Positions 63,616 to 64,000 of a stretch of 64,000 bases of DNA are shown one piece after another. The position numbers were made by a program, and so were the translations under genes. The notes under the pieces were generated by a model. The model was not told the origin of the DNA, did not search any database, and worked only from the letters and a program-made list of their open reading frames with translations. Within the stretch, counting starts at the first letter, position 1, and each line of letters starts with the position of its first letter. Where the stretch lies: the NCBI RefSeq assembly GCF_006345805.1, contig NC_043011.1:4712001-4776000 (forward strand). The letters run 5' to 3'. This DNA is from Octopus sinensis. Taxonomy: Eukaryota.

Positions 63616-64000
63616 ACTCAAAATTAAGAGTTCAAGTTCCTGGAGAGTTATACTTGTTAGCCGGGTTAACATTCATAGCTTGAGAAATATAATTGACTTT
63701 GGTAAATGACCTGTGATAAAACCCGGTGTATAAACGCTTTATCACAACATATCAAAATTTGTTTTTGAAAAATATTTCAAAGGGAGAGTATTCAATAACT
63801 GGGGTATACTATACCGTGTAATCTTTCACACTAACTGGCGAATAATCAAGTATTTATAAAATAAGCGTGTTTACCTTATAAGATACCGGCTTAAAATAAA
63901 AATCATAAATCCATATTCCGTTCATTCATAACTATGTTTACATTACAAGTATAGAAAGTTAATTATCTGTATATGTTTTTATGGACTTATGCACATTCAT

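Noticed and set aside
723-63709. Dozens of ORFs rich in IY, MYVC, LSIY, HT or ER dipeptides
   Set aside because: They are translations of (TA)n, (TATG)n, (TCTA)n, (CA)n and (GA)n microsatellites, with no domain content.

Overview
Eukaryotic, AT-rich, repeat-saturated non-coding window, probably intronic or intergenic. The SINE families and the density of (TA)n/(TATG)n/(GATA)n microsatellites suggest an octopus or other coleoid cephalopod genome; this is an inference, as no database search was run. No complete host protein-coding gene, rRNA, true tRNA gene or CRISPR array can be supported, and most ORFs in the supplied track are microsatellite read-throughs. The window holds many tRNA-derived SINEs of four families, Penelope-like elements (PLEs; one near-intact RT+GIY-YIG copy at 38.8-41.8 kb with a single 1-nt frameshift), R4/Dong, CR1-like, RTE and Tx1-like LINE remnants, a TA-flanked mariner, hAT and Helentron-type non-autonomous elements, a Helitron fragment and a TRIM-like mini LTR element. 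The most interesting signal is a set of short (~150-300 bp) PLE-tail-like elements lying in or next to (TA)n tracts. They carry minimal type I hammerhead ribozyme folds with three different non-canonical catalytic cores (CCGANGA, CUGUNGA and a C3-G8 to G3-C8 swap), and related short elements are often folded back into long palindromes.
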